The translations under genes were made by a program, and so were the position numbers. Below the pieces are notes generated by a model that was not told the origin of the DNA, did not search any database, and saw nothing but the letters and a program-made list of their open reading frames with translations. A DNA stretch of 63,363 nt, the filler included, from Craspedostauros australis (lineage: Eukaryota), in the NCBI GenBank assembly GCA_030167865.1. It is 7 parts of 7 records of this genome, joined end to end, with 100 filler letters (N's around TTAATTAATTAA, not from the genome) between each part and the next. Parts side by side here need not be neighbours in the genome. Positions count along the whole stretch, not along the records: positions 1 to 9,244 come from JALAGF010005604.1; positions 9,345 to 24,125 come from JALAGF010005606.1; 5 more parts are not named here. One strand, 5' to 3'. Below, in pieces: positions 1 to 10,062 of the stretch (position 1 is its first letter; the number at the start of each line of letters is the position of its first letter).

Positions 1-455
1 CTTCAACCATACTTGTATTCCTTGTGTGTCGGTACAGAGTGTTGACGATGGTTGCTGCATCCGTTGACGATGCTGCGGTAGGCGTTAGTGGAGTAGCTTG
101 GTAGATTTCTCTGCTGGTGTGTTCATGAGATGGTGGTGTCTCATGGTCGTCGACGATGCTGTCGGCACTGAACTATGCAGTGTCATTCTGCTCAGCAAAC
201 ACTGAGCATATCTTCGATAGCCACAATGGAGTCGTTGTTAATGATATGGTTGACCTGCGGCCCTGGTTGACTTGCTGTGCTGGATGCAATTGCGTTGTTG
301 TTCAGTTTCTGCGGTGGATGGTGTTGTTGGGACGAATCTGTTGGTCCACCCAACGCCTCCCACCAAACCATGCGTTGAATTTGTTGCGTTTGAAGGCTTT
401 GCGAGAACCATCTACTGTCTGTCCGTGCACCCTCATACACACGTCATGATGGTGA

Positions 456-755
456 GACGAAGTGATTGGACAAGGAATACTGATGATGACGTTTGATAAA
501 TGTCAATGATAAAATACGAGAGCCATCGGTAAATTTCAAATTTGAATTTCAAACGTTCACATTTATCAGTAGTCGAAATTGCGTAGATCGTTGCCATGAG
601 ACACGAGTAACGTTAGTGGGGGTTACGCGAGCCAATATTTAAAATGTCCTCTCTCGCTTTGGATTGATGATGACTAAAGGGGTTCCACCATTGCTTCTTC
701 TCCAGCTTACTCACTGCCATCCAGAAGACTACATGTACTTCAATACTTCCTAAAT
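456..755 (-). repeat. Dispersed repeat, probably a TE/LTR relic; partner copy at ~62893-63190
   Basis: The reverse complement aligns by eye with 62893-63190, e.g. TGTAGTCTTCTGGATGGCAGTGAGTAAGCTGGAG...ATGGTGGAACCC vs TGTAGTCTTCTGGGTGGTAGTGAGGAAGCTGGGG...ATGGTGGAACCC. Confidence 0.7.
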
Positions 756-1867
756 GATTTCTTTCAAAGACTTGGGACGATTTCTTCGACAAGGGTTGAA
801 TTGAACGACTGAGATCGAACACATGTGAACAAGGACATTCGCCACAGTACAACACGGCGTTGCACGAGACTGAGGATGTCAACCCCATTCTCCATCATTG
901 CCTCACTCTTTCAGAAGCTTTAAGGCTCGACTATCCCCTCTCCATTCGAAGTACCGCCTTCACTATCATAATCCTGTGCGCAATGAATCGAGAATGAGCA
1001 GGGGAAGAGCAGTTGGGACAGCTTCACACGTTGACACCGCGAGTTGATCATGTTGCGAGCACCCACAAATTTTGTCGTCTGCCCGTCTGTGCGGCAATTG
1101 GCATCAATTTTTGCCTCCGACCCACCAAAAACAGATTCTCGAACTCGTGAACAAACCAAAATGTCATGAGATAGTCCCAAACTCGAGAAAAACAACACGA
1201 CAGATCGCGGCCTCCATTAGAGGTAGCCTGCCCAACTTCATCACCTCATAACTATAAATATAAGGCCTCTCTGAAGCTACAATCTCGTATTATTAATCTA
1301 AGTATGTTAAAGTGTATGTGCGCCAAGTTTCATCTGAATCGAAGGACCAAAATCAAAGAATCCTGGAGGGACCGCACCGCTATTGACTCACACGGGTCAT
1401 ATCCATCATCACCGTCCTTCTCTTTCACCTTTCGCCTTACTCCCATTAATCCATTGCAGACCGCAGTTGGATGAAGTGATGCTTGTGGTTGTCATAGATC
1501 TCCTTTTTGGTGTTCTTTGTGAAGCCGTCTGCGATGTTGTCTTCCGATCGCACGAATTTGGTTACGGCTTCTCCGTTCTTGACGAGTTCACGTATGAAGT
1601 GATGTTGGATGTCGATGTGCCTTGTTCTTGCGGATGTCGATGGGTTTGAGGCGATGAAGATCGCTCCGACGTTGTCGACCATAACGTCCGNNNNNNNNNN
1701 NNNNNNNNNNNNNNNNNNNNNNNNNNNNNNNNNNNNNNNNTGCGCCAAGTTTCATCTGAATCGAAGGACCAAAATCAAAGAATCCTGGAGGGACCGCACC
1801 GCTATTGACTCACACGGGTCATATCCATCATCACCGTCCTTCTCTTTCACCTTTCGCCTTACTCCCA

Positions 1868-3502
1868 TTAATCCATTGCAGACCGCAGTTGGATGAAGTG
1901 ATGCTTGTGGTTGTCATAGATCTCCTTTTTGGTGTTCTTTGTGAAGCCGTCTGCGATGTTGTCTTCCGATCGCACGAATTTGGTTACGGCTTCTCCNNNN
2001 NNNNNNNNNNNNNNNNNNNNNNNNNNNNNNNNNNNNNNNNNNNNNNNNNNNNNNNNNNNNNNNNNNNNNNNNNNNNNNNNNNNNNNNNNNNNNNNNNNNN
2101 NNNNNNNNNNNNNNNNNTTGTGCATCTTTAATCCGATGTCGCTCATCAGTTGCGTCACGAAGCGGATTTCTTTCCCTGCTTCTGACAGTGCGACGTACTC
2201 TGCTTCTGTTGAGCTGAGTGTTACGCTGTGTTGTGCTTTTGATCTCCATATGATCGGCACTCCCTGTAGTAGGACGATGTGCCCTCCTACGCTGATGCGA
2301 TTGTCCTTGTCACCCGCGAACTCGCTGTCGGTGAATATTGCAATCTTCCATGCATCGTTAGTCAGTGGACTCGGTTTCATCTTCAGTCCATATTCTCTNN
2401 NNNNNNNNNNNNNNNNNNNNNNNNNNNNNNNNNNNNNNNNNNNNNNNNNNNNNNNNNNNNNNNNNNNNNNNNNNNNNNNNNNNNNNNNNNNNNNNNNNNN
2501 NNNNNNNNNNNNNNNNNNNNNNNNNNNNNNNNNNNNNNNNNNNNNNNNNNNNNNNNNNNNNNNNNNNNNGTCCACCTTGGGTGCATCGCTGTTCCTTTGG
2601 ATGCCCTGCCCTGGTGTTCCTGGTGTTCCGTATCGTTGTAGTTTCAGCACATCGCTCCCAAACGTGTCGATGATGTTCTTGAGGATGTGTGGTTGGTTCA
2701 CCCAACAGTTCGTCTTGTCGTGGTTGAATATGATCTTGCAGCTCAGGTAGTCTTCGAGATCTTCCTCCACTTTGACCCCGAACCGTTCCGCGCGGATATC
2801 TTTCACGAGCTTCTCCAGTTCCTGCTTTTCTCCGATGCAGAGACAATCGTCCACATAGGTGCCGATTAAAAGCAGTTGCCCTTCCTGATTCCNNNNNNNN
2901 AGGCATGGGTCTACCTCACTCTGTCTGAACCCCAATTTGAATAGGATGTCGACGAGCTTCTTATTCCATTGTCTGGCACTCTGCACGAGTCCGTAGATGG
3001 TTTTCTTGAGCAGCAGGCATTCATCTGTTTCGTGTTTCATGCCTTTCGGGCATTGCATATAGATCTCTTCGTCGAGGTCTCCATGCAAGAATGCTGTCTC
3101 AAAGTTGATGATGATGCTGTCTAGCTTCAGTATCATTTTCATAGTGAGCATGATACGGTAGGTTGCATCATGTATCACCGGTGCGTGGTGCGCTGAGAAG
3201 TCGACTCCTGCGATNNNNNNNNNNNNNNNNNNNNNNNNNNNNNNNNNNNNNNNNNNNNNNNNNNNNNNNNNNNNNNNNNNNNNNNNNNNNNNNCACCGCC
3301 GATTCCTCGGCATCCGGTCCTTCTTGATCTTTTCCCATACTTTCCTTCTGGCCATATCGTAGAATTCCTTGTTGATGGCTTCGCGCCATTTCTTTCTCTT
3401 ACTGGGGTCCGCGTGGTCCCAGCAGTCCTCGAATGTGGTTGGATCCAGCAGCATAGCGATGCTCGCTAGTTCCATCCCATCCTCATTCTGTTCGTTGTTC
3501 AA
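1868..3502 (-). CDS. Copia A pol: reverse transcriptase + RNase H (fragment of the polyprotein)
   Basis: RVT_2-type motifs FETAFLHGDLDEEIYM, LLKKTIYGLVQSARQW, YVDD; RNase H motif SSTEAEYVALSE. Confidence 0.93.
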   Translation of the reverse strand: MNNEQNEDGMELASIAMLLDPTTFEDCWDHADPSKRKKWREAINKEFYDMARRKVWEKIKKDRMPRNRRXXXXXXXXXXXXXXXXXXXXXXXXXXXIAGVDFSAHHAPVIHDATYRIMLTMKMILKLDSIIINFETAFLHGDLDEEIYMQCPKGMKHETDECLLLKKTIYGLVQSARQWNKKLVDILFKLGFRQSEVDPCXXXXNQEGQLLLIGTYVDDCLCIGEKQELEKLVKDIRAERFGVKVEEDLEDYLSCKIIFNHDKTNCWVNQPHILKNIIDTFGSDVLKLQRYGTPGTPGQGIQRNSDAPKVDXXXXXXXXXXXXXXXXXXXXXXXXXXXXXXXXXXXXXXXXXXXXXXXXXXXXXXXXXREYGLKMKPSPLTNDAWKIAIFTDSEFAGDKDNRISVGGHIVLLQGVPIIWRSKAQHSVTLSSTEAEYVALSEAGKEIRFVTQLMSDIGLKMHXXXXXXXXXXXXXXXXXXXXXXXXXXXXXXXXXXXXXXXXXGEAVTKFVRSEDNIADGFTKNTKKEIYDNHKHHFIQLRSAMD

Positions 3503-4215
3503 TGCTTGGTCCGCAGTGATGATATCGTCGNNNNNNNNNNNNNNNNNNNNNNNNNNNNNNNNNNNNNNNNNNNNNNNNNNNNNNNNNNNNNNNNNNNNNN
3601 NNNNNNNNNNNNNNNNNNNNNNNNNNNNNNNNNNNNNNNNNNNNNNNNNNNNNNNNNNNNNNNNNNNNNNNACCCTTCGTCTGTATTTGGTTCTGACTCA
3701 TCGCTCGATTCGAGGTCTCGCTCCTCCTCTGGGATGGGTTCTTTGTTGTACCCTGTGAGAGCACTCACCATCCTCGGTACGCGTTGCACAGGTTCTGCGA
3801 TAGGGGTCTGCTCCGGCTCACGTTTGGCCTCTTCATTAGCTCTCCCCTCATCGTCCCTTCCGAATTCGTCGCCGTCATTATCGTTCGACTCATTTTTCCC
3901 TTGGGTGGGGAGCAAGTCANNNNNNNNNNNNNNNNNNNNNNNNNNNNNNNNNNNNNNNNNNNNNNNNNNNNNNNNNNNNNNNNNNNNNGGCTCTGCTGCT
4001 GCGATCTGCGTCGTCGGTCTCCATTCCTTTGATGGTCTCCGATCGTCGCTCCCAAGCTGCTCTCGTGTGTCGGGTCTTCATACCCGATGTAGAGTCGTCA
4101 TCTTCCAGATCTATTAGTATTGATCTGTTGGCATTCTCGATACCTCTGAATTGCCCATATGACTGATTCATCCATGTCACGTCTCTCGTGATTAGGATCT
4201 TAGTTGTTGCGAGGT

Positions 4216-6657
4216 TCAGCATTCGATANNNNNNNNNNNNNNNNNNNNNNNNNNNNNNNNNNNNNNNNNNNNNNNNNNNNNNNNNNNNNNNNNNNNNNNN
4301 NNNNNNNNNNNNNNNNNNNNNNNNNNNNNNNNNNNNNNNNNNNNNNNNNNNNNNNNNNNNNNNNGTTGGGATCCGGTTGTTGAACAGCACGCATGCTGGT
4401 TCTCTCGTTTTCGTCCCGATGATATTCTCCAGTTGGGTAGCAGTTCTGGTCGCCTCGGCCCATAATTTTCCTCGGACATTTTTCGGCAGGTGCGTGTGAT
4501 TGAGCATGGCTCGGACTTTCCCGTACAACGTGGCNNNNNNNNNNNNNNNNNNNNNNNNNNNNNNNNNNNNNNNNNNNNNNNNNNGCGTAACCCATCCACG
4601 TAAGTTGGGATCCGGTTGTTGAACAGCACGCATGCTGGTTCTCTCGTTTTCGTCCCGATGATATTCTCTAGTTGGGTAGCGGTTCTGGCCGCCTCGGCCC
4701 ACAATTTTCCTTGGGCATTTTTCGGCAGGTGCGTCTGGTTGAGCATGGCTCGGACTTTCCCGTACAACGTGGAGAATTTTCTTTCCACGCGACCGTTCTG
4801 TTGCGGNGTNGATGCCGCAGTGTACTCGAACGTTGGACCGAACCCTGCGACGAGCAGTTGCTTCTCCGCNGAATAATTTTCTCCTGCGTTGTCACATCTG
4901 ATAATTTTCACTCGTGTTTGCTGATTGGCGTGGAGCCACTTAAGCAACAGAATCATTTTTGTTCCAACCTCACTCTTCTCCTTCAAGAAATAGCTCCAGC
5001 AGTAGTCACTGTAATCATCGAGGACTAGGAGCCAATATTTTCCTTGTCCGTAGCTGTGTGACTGGACACTTGATGTGTCAATGAACAGTCGATCACCAAC
5101 CCCCTTCGCTCGTGATTGGAGTTTCTTCGTCATGGCCTTCTGCCTTTGTTTGCCAATGGCACAGTCCACACATNNNNNNNNTTTGCCTGTGACGTTCCAA
5201 CCGTATCGTCCCGCTGTGCGAGAGATCGTGTAAGTGTCAACATGGCCTAACATTTTATGGATTTGGTTGATGTCCACCGCGGTCTGGGTGGACACGCCAA
5301 CATTGGCTTGGTCGTGGGAGTGTGGGGCGGTGGTCATGTTAACACCGCTCACGAACCCACTGTGGGTAGCCATAAGCCGGTCAAACGTGATACGTTGTCC
5401 GCGCTTCTCCAGGCTCATCACAACACCGCGGTTGCTGATGTTGAAGCCGCTCTCAAGCGCTTTGTTGATGCTGAGGAGGTTCACCCACAAATTGGGCACG
5501 AACTTCACGTGCTTGAGGAGGATGGTTGCGGTGGTACCGTTNNNNNNNNNNNNNNNNNNNNGCTTGTCGCCCACCTTTGTTGCCTTGATGTAGCGACCGC
5601 TGCCGATCTTGATGGAGTGGTCGGCCACGCGCACGTTGGTCATCCCCTCGTCGTTGTTGGTCAGGTGGCACGAGGCACCTGAGTCACCCAACCAAGTGTT
5701 TGCCTCATGGCGGTCTGGGGCGAGCGTGATGCGGCGTTCTTCGACGCNNNNNNNNNNNNNNNNNNNNNNNNNNNNNNNNNNNNNNNNNNNNNNNNNNATC
5801 ACCATTGCCATGTCTGGTTGCGGGTTTCTCTCGCTGTAGATGGGGAGTTCAGGGAACGCGTTTGGGCTGCGAACTCCGTAGAGGCCTGGGTGGTACTTCC
5901 ACATGACTTGGAGTGCTCCACGCGAGGCCAGGCTCCCGATGAGTCCATGGTGGATGGCTGGCAGCTGCTCCTTCTCCAGCCTTTCGTTGATGAACGGCAT
6001 GTTCTTCATGACGTTGAACGGAGTCATCATCCCAATTTCGCGTAGGAGGAAGTAGAGGGTGCGAGCATCCGCGCAAGTGCGTCTGTCTCTCGAGTTGTAC
6101 TCCTCCACTGTGTCGAGGCACAGCAAGGCAAGCTCGGANCGCACNCTGTCAGCCGGCATGGCGTTGCTCAATGAGTATCGCACTGCGAGTGCGAGGGACT
6201 CCTCCTTTGCGAGCATTGCGCGGCGTTCATCGCGTTCTTCGTGGGCCGTTGGTTTCACCACGTCCGTTCCTTCCGGTAGATCAATGAGGAATGGCTGGGC
6301 TGGACAATCGACGCAGTACGAGTAGATGTACCCTTGCTTGAAGCACAATGGGCACGATGCCCATCCTTGGTACATTGCGCGCCCTGCTGCTTCGATCGTC
6401 TTCTCGATGGGAGACTTGTTGGTGGAGAGCGAGAAGACAGGCTCTCTGCAGATGTCTTCCGCTCCGATCACCATTGCCACTTCGTTGGTGGTTTCCTCTT
6501 CGGTGCTGACGAGGTCTTCATCGTAGATGACCTCGTCGAAGAACCCGTCGTCGTCGGTGGACTCGTCTTCGGACGGGAAGAGTTCGCGGTTGATGCGCTC
6601 GGCTGCGACCGCTGGTGGTCCGTAGTGACCATACACCCCTGGGTGGTGGGCCGCCCG
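4216..6657 (-). CDS. Copia A pol: extra Zn-ribbon domain + aspartic protease + integrase (fragment)
   Basis: CPLC-x9-CVDC domain, then DSGA protease, HHCC and DDE integrase core. The first codons of the ORF track (6658-6708) are LTR-derived. Confidence 0.9.
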   Translation of the reverse strand, partial: RAAHHPGVYGHYGPPAVAAERINRELFPSEDESTDDDGFFDEVIYDEDLVSTEEETTNEVAMVIGAEDICREPVFSLSTNKSPIEKTIEAAGRAMYQGWASCPLCFKQGYIYSYCVDCPAQPFLIDLPEGTDVVKPTAHEERDERRAMLAKEESLALAVRYSLSNAMPADXVXSELALLCLDTVEEYNSRDRRTCADARTLYFLLREIGMMTPFNVMKNMPFINERLEKEQLPAIHHGLIGSLASRGALQVMWKYHPGLYGVRSPNAFPELPIYSERNPQPDMAMVXXXXXXXXXXXXXXXXXXVEERRITLAPDRHEANTWLGDSGASCHLTNNDEGMTNVRVADHSIKIGSGRYIKATKVGDKXXXXXXXNGTTATILLKHVKFVPNLWVNLLSINKALESGFNISNRGVVMSLEKRGQRITFDRLMATHSGFVSGVNMTTAPHSHDQANVGVSTQTAVDINQIHKMLGHVDTYTISRTAGRYGWNVTGKXXXCVDCAIGKQRQKAMTKKLQSRAKGVGDRLFIDTSSVQSHSYGQGKYWLLVLDDYSDYCWSYFLKEKSEVGTKMILLLKWLHANQQTRVKIIRCDNAGENYXAEKQLLVAGFGPTFEYTAAXXPQQNGRVERKFSTLYGKVRAMLNQTHLPKNAQGKLWAEAARTATQLENIIGTKTREPACVLFNNRIPTYVDGLRXXXXXXXXXXXXXXXXXPRCTGKSEPCSITRTCRKMSEENYGPRRPELLPNWRISSGRKRENQHACCSTTGSQXXXXXXXXXXXXXXXXXXXXXXXXXXXXXXXXXXXXXXXXXXXXXXIEC

Positions 6658-7684
6658 TGTCGAGATGTACATGTGAGTATATGTCGAGATGTACAAGTAT
6701 ATGTGCATCGTTCACCCGCTATTCTGTCATACGCACTTGGACGGTATAACTACATTCGTGTCGATAGTATGCTGTCATTCGTCAGAATTACAGGGGAAAC
6801 GGAACACACGAAAAGGGGCAAGATTTCTGGAGGAAATTTGCAAATGACGATTTCTGAGAGAATTNNNNNNNNNNNNNNNNNNNNNNNNNNNNNNNNNNNN
6901 NNNNNNNNNNNNNNNNNNNNNNNNNNNNNNNNNNNNNNNNNNNNNNNNNNNNNNNNNNNNNNNNNNNNNNNNNNNTGACATCTGGAGAGCAGAAGGACGC
7001 CTACTGACGTCAACAGGATGTCATCATGTCACCACGTCGACATCTGTCTCCAAGTCAGAGCAGAAGGTGAAGATCCGATGACCGAAGGGCATCAGCNNNN
7101 NNNNNNNNNNNNNNNNNNNNNNNNNNNNNNNNNNNNNNNNNNNNNNTTCCCAACTAAACCTCAGATGACGATATCATCTGACAGACTCCTGCATCACCAA
7201 TGGAACATGACATCTGGAGAGCAGAAGGACACCTACTGACGTCGACAGGATGTCATCATGTCAACCACGTCGACATCTGTCTCCAAGTCAGAGCAGAAGG
7301 AGAAGATCCAATGACCGAAAGGCATCAACATCTTGGATACAGAAGGTGAACTTCAAATGGCGAGTACTCATGGAGTAGGAGCCAGTACTGAATGAACGGA
7401 GTGTCGAATATGGAGTACGTATCGAACACGGAGTATCGTGTGCGACGAGCACGCGATGTTGAGAGAGAGAGAATACAGAAGAGGAGCGAGAGAGCATCTC
7501 GCGTACCGACTCATAGTCGGAGACTGAATCTACGAAACAGATTGAAGCGCCGAGAGCATCGGGCAAGAGAACGGGCGTACACCGAGAGCATCGGAGTAGC
7601 CGAGTAATGAAATAGCAAACGAACGACTATCAACCAACACCATCTTCCACGATCGTAGGTTACCGTGCGCGGAACTTGCCAACA
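6658..7684 (+). mobile_element. LTR, copy 1 of a three-copy family
   Basis: Termini TGTCGAGATG...GAACTTGCCAACA. Homology with 9345-10062 and with the reverse complement of 58515-59363 ends at the same boundaries. Confidence 0.85.
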
Positions 7685-8692
7685 TACACTGTCCTGCACA
7701 CCAAGACAGAGAAGGGATGCGCGGCATTCATCGTGGAGGCGCATGAGCCGAACGGCCATGACGCTTACCAGGCGCTCATACGCAACTATGAGTCCGTCGA
7801 CCACAAAGCTGAGGCCATCGCGGAGGAAGAACAGAAGATCGCCAAGCTCCGTTATGACGGATCAGAGCCCTTCCCAGTCTTCGTCAATGATTTCTCCAAA
7901 TGCATCCGTGTCATGGAGCAGAACGGAAAGCAGATGACCGACCAGCAAAAGATCGCGAAGTTCTTTCGCAACATCACGGACGATCGCTTCACAAGCGAGA
8001 TGTCCAGATTCCGCAACACGGAACAATCCTTCAACACAATCCGCGAGGCGTTCATGCAACATGACGCGCTCCTCACGAAGTCGGAAGGACACTACTCTCC
8101 CAAGCGCAACCGTCGCTACCAGCAGAAGGACAACAAGGACGATCGCAAGAGGCCACGCGAATCTTCCAAGTGGGATCGCAAGGGCGCCGCATCGTTTCGG
8201 TTGCCGGACTCCGTCTTCCGTCGCATGCCGGTGAGCACTCAAGTGCTCCTCGTCGAAGCGTCTCGTCACTTCCGCACCACCAGGAAACCCATTGATGAGG
8301 AAACCCTCAAGCGCAACAAGCCAGCAGACTATGCGCGCAACCTCGAGTTGCCACTGACCCAGCGAGGGCCCAAGCGGCCTCGCACGGGCGATCACAAGAC
8401 CGGACGACCCGGCACCNNNNNNNNNNNNNNNNNNNNNNNNNNNNNNNNNNNNNNNNNNNNNNNNNNCCGTCGCATGCCGGTGAGCACTCAAGTGCTCCTC
8501 GTCGAAGCGTCTCGTCACTTCCGCACCACCGGGAAACCCATTGATGAGGAAACCCTCAAGCGCAACAAGCCAGCAGACTATGCGCGCAACCTCGAGTTGC
8601 CACTGACCCAGCGAGGGCCCAAGCGNNNNNNNNNNNNNNNNCACAAGACCGGACGACCCGGCACCCAAGGACCATGGAACGCCGGTTCTTGA
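7685..8692 (+). CDS. Copia C Gag (5'-truncated by the LTR), ending in an in-frame UGA
   Basis: Gag/UBN2-like segment NGHDAYQALIRNYES..IAKLRYDG..FVNDFSKC and a basic C-terminus; followed in frame by the protease. Confidence 0.75.
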   Translation, partial: YTVLHTKTEKGCAAFIVEAHEPNGHDAYQALIRNYESVDHKAEAIAEEEQKIAKLRYDGSEPFPVFVNDFSKCIRVMEQNGKQMTDQQKIAKFFRNITDDRFTSEMSRFRNTEQSFNTIREAFMQHDALLTKSEGHYSPKRNRRYQQKDNKDDRKRPRESSKWDRKGAASFRLPDSVFRRMPVSTQVLLVEASRHFRTTRKPIDEETLKRNKPADYARNLELPLTQRGPKRPRTGDHKTGRPGTXXXXXXXXXXXXXXXXXRRMPVSTQVLLVEASRHFRTTGKPIDEETLKRNKPADYARNLELPLTQRGPKXXXXXXHKTGRPGTQGPWNAGS

Positions 8693-8733
8693 CAATCAAA
8701 GACGGGCACAACTCGCCGTCAGTCGGAGATTGT
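8690..8733 (+). promoter_or_regulatory. Candidate stop-codon readthrough signal (UGA-CAAUCA, 8-nt spacer, stem or pseudoknot)
   Basis: TGA 8690-8692, CAATCA 8693-8698, stem GACGG 8701-8705 / CCGTC 8716-8720. Loop ACAACTC can pair with GAG(A)TTGT at 8726-8733. Confidence 0.6.
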
Positions 8734-9244
8734 CATCCACCTCAAATCCCGCGACTGTAGGGGGGCGAGCGTGACGACCGCAGCGGGAATGCCCGGACGT
8801 GCACGTCCGGTGGCACCACAAGAGTCTCGTCCATGTACAACCCACCCGACAGTGGAGCATTGCATCCGAAGGGCAAGAGTAACGACGAATAGCCAAGGCT
8901 TTATCATCCTAGACTCAGGGGCGGACGGAGACATCGTTCATGCGTCGGGCTGGGAGGTGACCCACACACACCAACAAGAGTTTCGTGCCCGAGGGGCGAC
9001 GATCAACTCACCAATCGAGACATTCCAGATGGTCGACGCNNNNNNNNNNNNNNNNNNNNNNNNNNNNNNNNNNNNNNNNNNNNNNNNNNNNTACGTGGCT
9101 CTCGACAAGCATCCACAGCAGACGGAATCACTGTTTAACACACATCATATGCGCGCGTCAGGACTGAACGTCTACGATCGCCTAATTGAACATCAGGGAC
9201 AGCAGCGGGTCTCATCGGACGACATCAGCATACCACTGGAGAAC
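8693..9244 (+). CDS. Copia C pol N-terminus: aspartic protease (runs off the contig end)
   Basis: The frame is open from the codon after the Gag UGA and contains the protease active-site motif IILDSGADGDIV. Confidence 0.8.
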
Positions 9245-9344
9245 NNNNNNNNNNNNNNNNNNNNNNNNNNNNNNNNNNNNNNNNNNNNTTAATTAATTAA
9301 NNNNNNNNNNNNNNNNNNNNNNNNNNNNNNNNNNNNNNNNNNNN
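9245..9344. other. Artificial contig spacer
   Basis: 44N + TTAATTAATTAA (stops in all six frames) + 44N. Confidence 0.97.
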
Positions 9345-10062
9345 AACTACATTCGTGTCAATAGTATGCTGTGATTTGTCAGAATTACAGTGGAAATGGA
9401 ACACACGAAAATGAGCAGAATGTCTGGAGGAAATTTGCAATCGACGATTTCTGAGAGAATTGGAAATATCGTCCGTCCATCCATCAATGGAGATGTATGG
9501 TACCAAGAGAATCTTGAGGTACTTCCCAACTTAACCTCAGATGACGATATCATCTGACAGACTACTGCATCACCAATGGAACGTGACATCTGGAGAGCAG
9601 AAGGACGCCTACTGACGTNNNNNNNNNNNNNNNNNNNNNNNNNNTCGACATCTGTCTCCAAGTCAGAGCAGGAGGCAAAGATCCGATGACCGAAGGGCAT
9701 CAAGATCATGGATATGGGAGATGAACTTCAAATGGTAAGTACTCATGGAGTAGGAACCAGTACTGAATGAATGGAGTGTCGAATGCGGAGTACGCATCGA
9801 ACACGGAGCATGGTGTAGCACAAAGCACATAATGCTGAGACAGAAAGAGAGAGAACAAATAGCAGCAAGAGAGCATCTCGCACACCGACTCATAGTTGGA
9901 GACTGAATCTACAAAACAGATTGAAGCACCGAGAGCATCAGGCAAGAGAACGAACAGACATCAAGAGGATTGGAGTGCCAACGTAATGAAATAGCAAACG
10001 AACGACTATCAACCAATACCATCTTCCACGATCGTAGGCTTCCGTGAGCGGAACTTGCCAAC
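9345..10062 (+). mobile_element. LTR, copy 2 (partial, starts at the contig edge)
   Basis: High similarity to 6748-7683; homology stops at GGAACTTGCCAAC. Confidence 0.85.

Larger units (their letters stand above)
1446..6657 (-). mobile_element. Ty1/copia LTR retrotransposon A (CoDi-like), 5'-truncated by the LTR at 6658
   Basis: Copia domain order: protease WLGDSGASCH, integrase HKMLGH..CVDC / PQQNGRVER, RT YGLVQSARQW / YVDD, RNase H FTDSEFAGD..SSTEAEY..NIADGFTK. Gapped, with duplicated blocks. Confidence 0.95.

Noticed and set aside
1167..1445. Possible 3' LTR of copia A after a purine-rich tract
   Set aside because: No second LTR or TSD in the window to fix the boundaries.
1317..1996. Apparent tandem duplications or LTR pairs (also 4365-4772, 6976-7325, 8218-8665, 27769-27929, 55905-56619, 57697-57891, 58387-58562)
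   Set aside because: Each pair straddles an N gap and is near-identical, typical of scaffolding or gap-filling overlap.
9289..9300. TTAATTAATTAA recurring six times as a possible biological motif
   Set aside because: Always centred in 44N+44N; it is an artificial six-frame stop linker. Neighbourhood across it carries no meaning.
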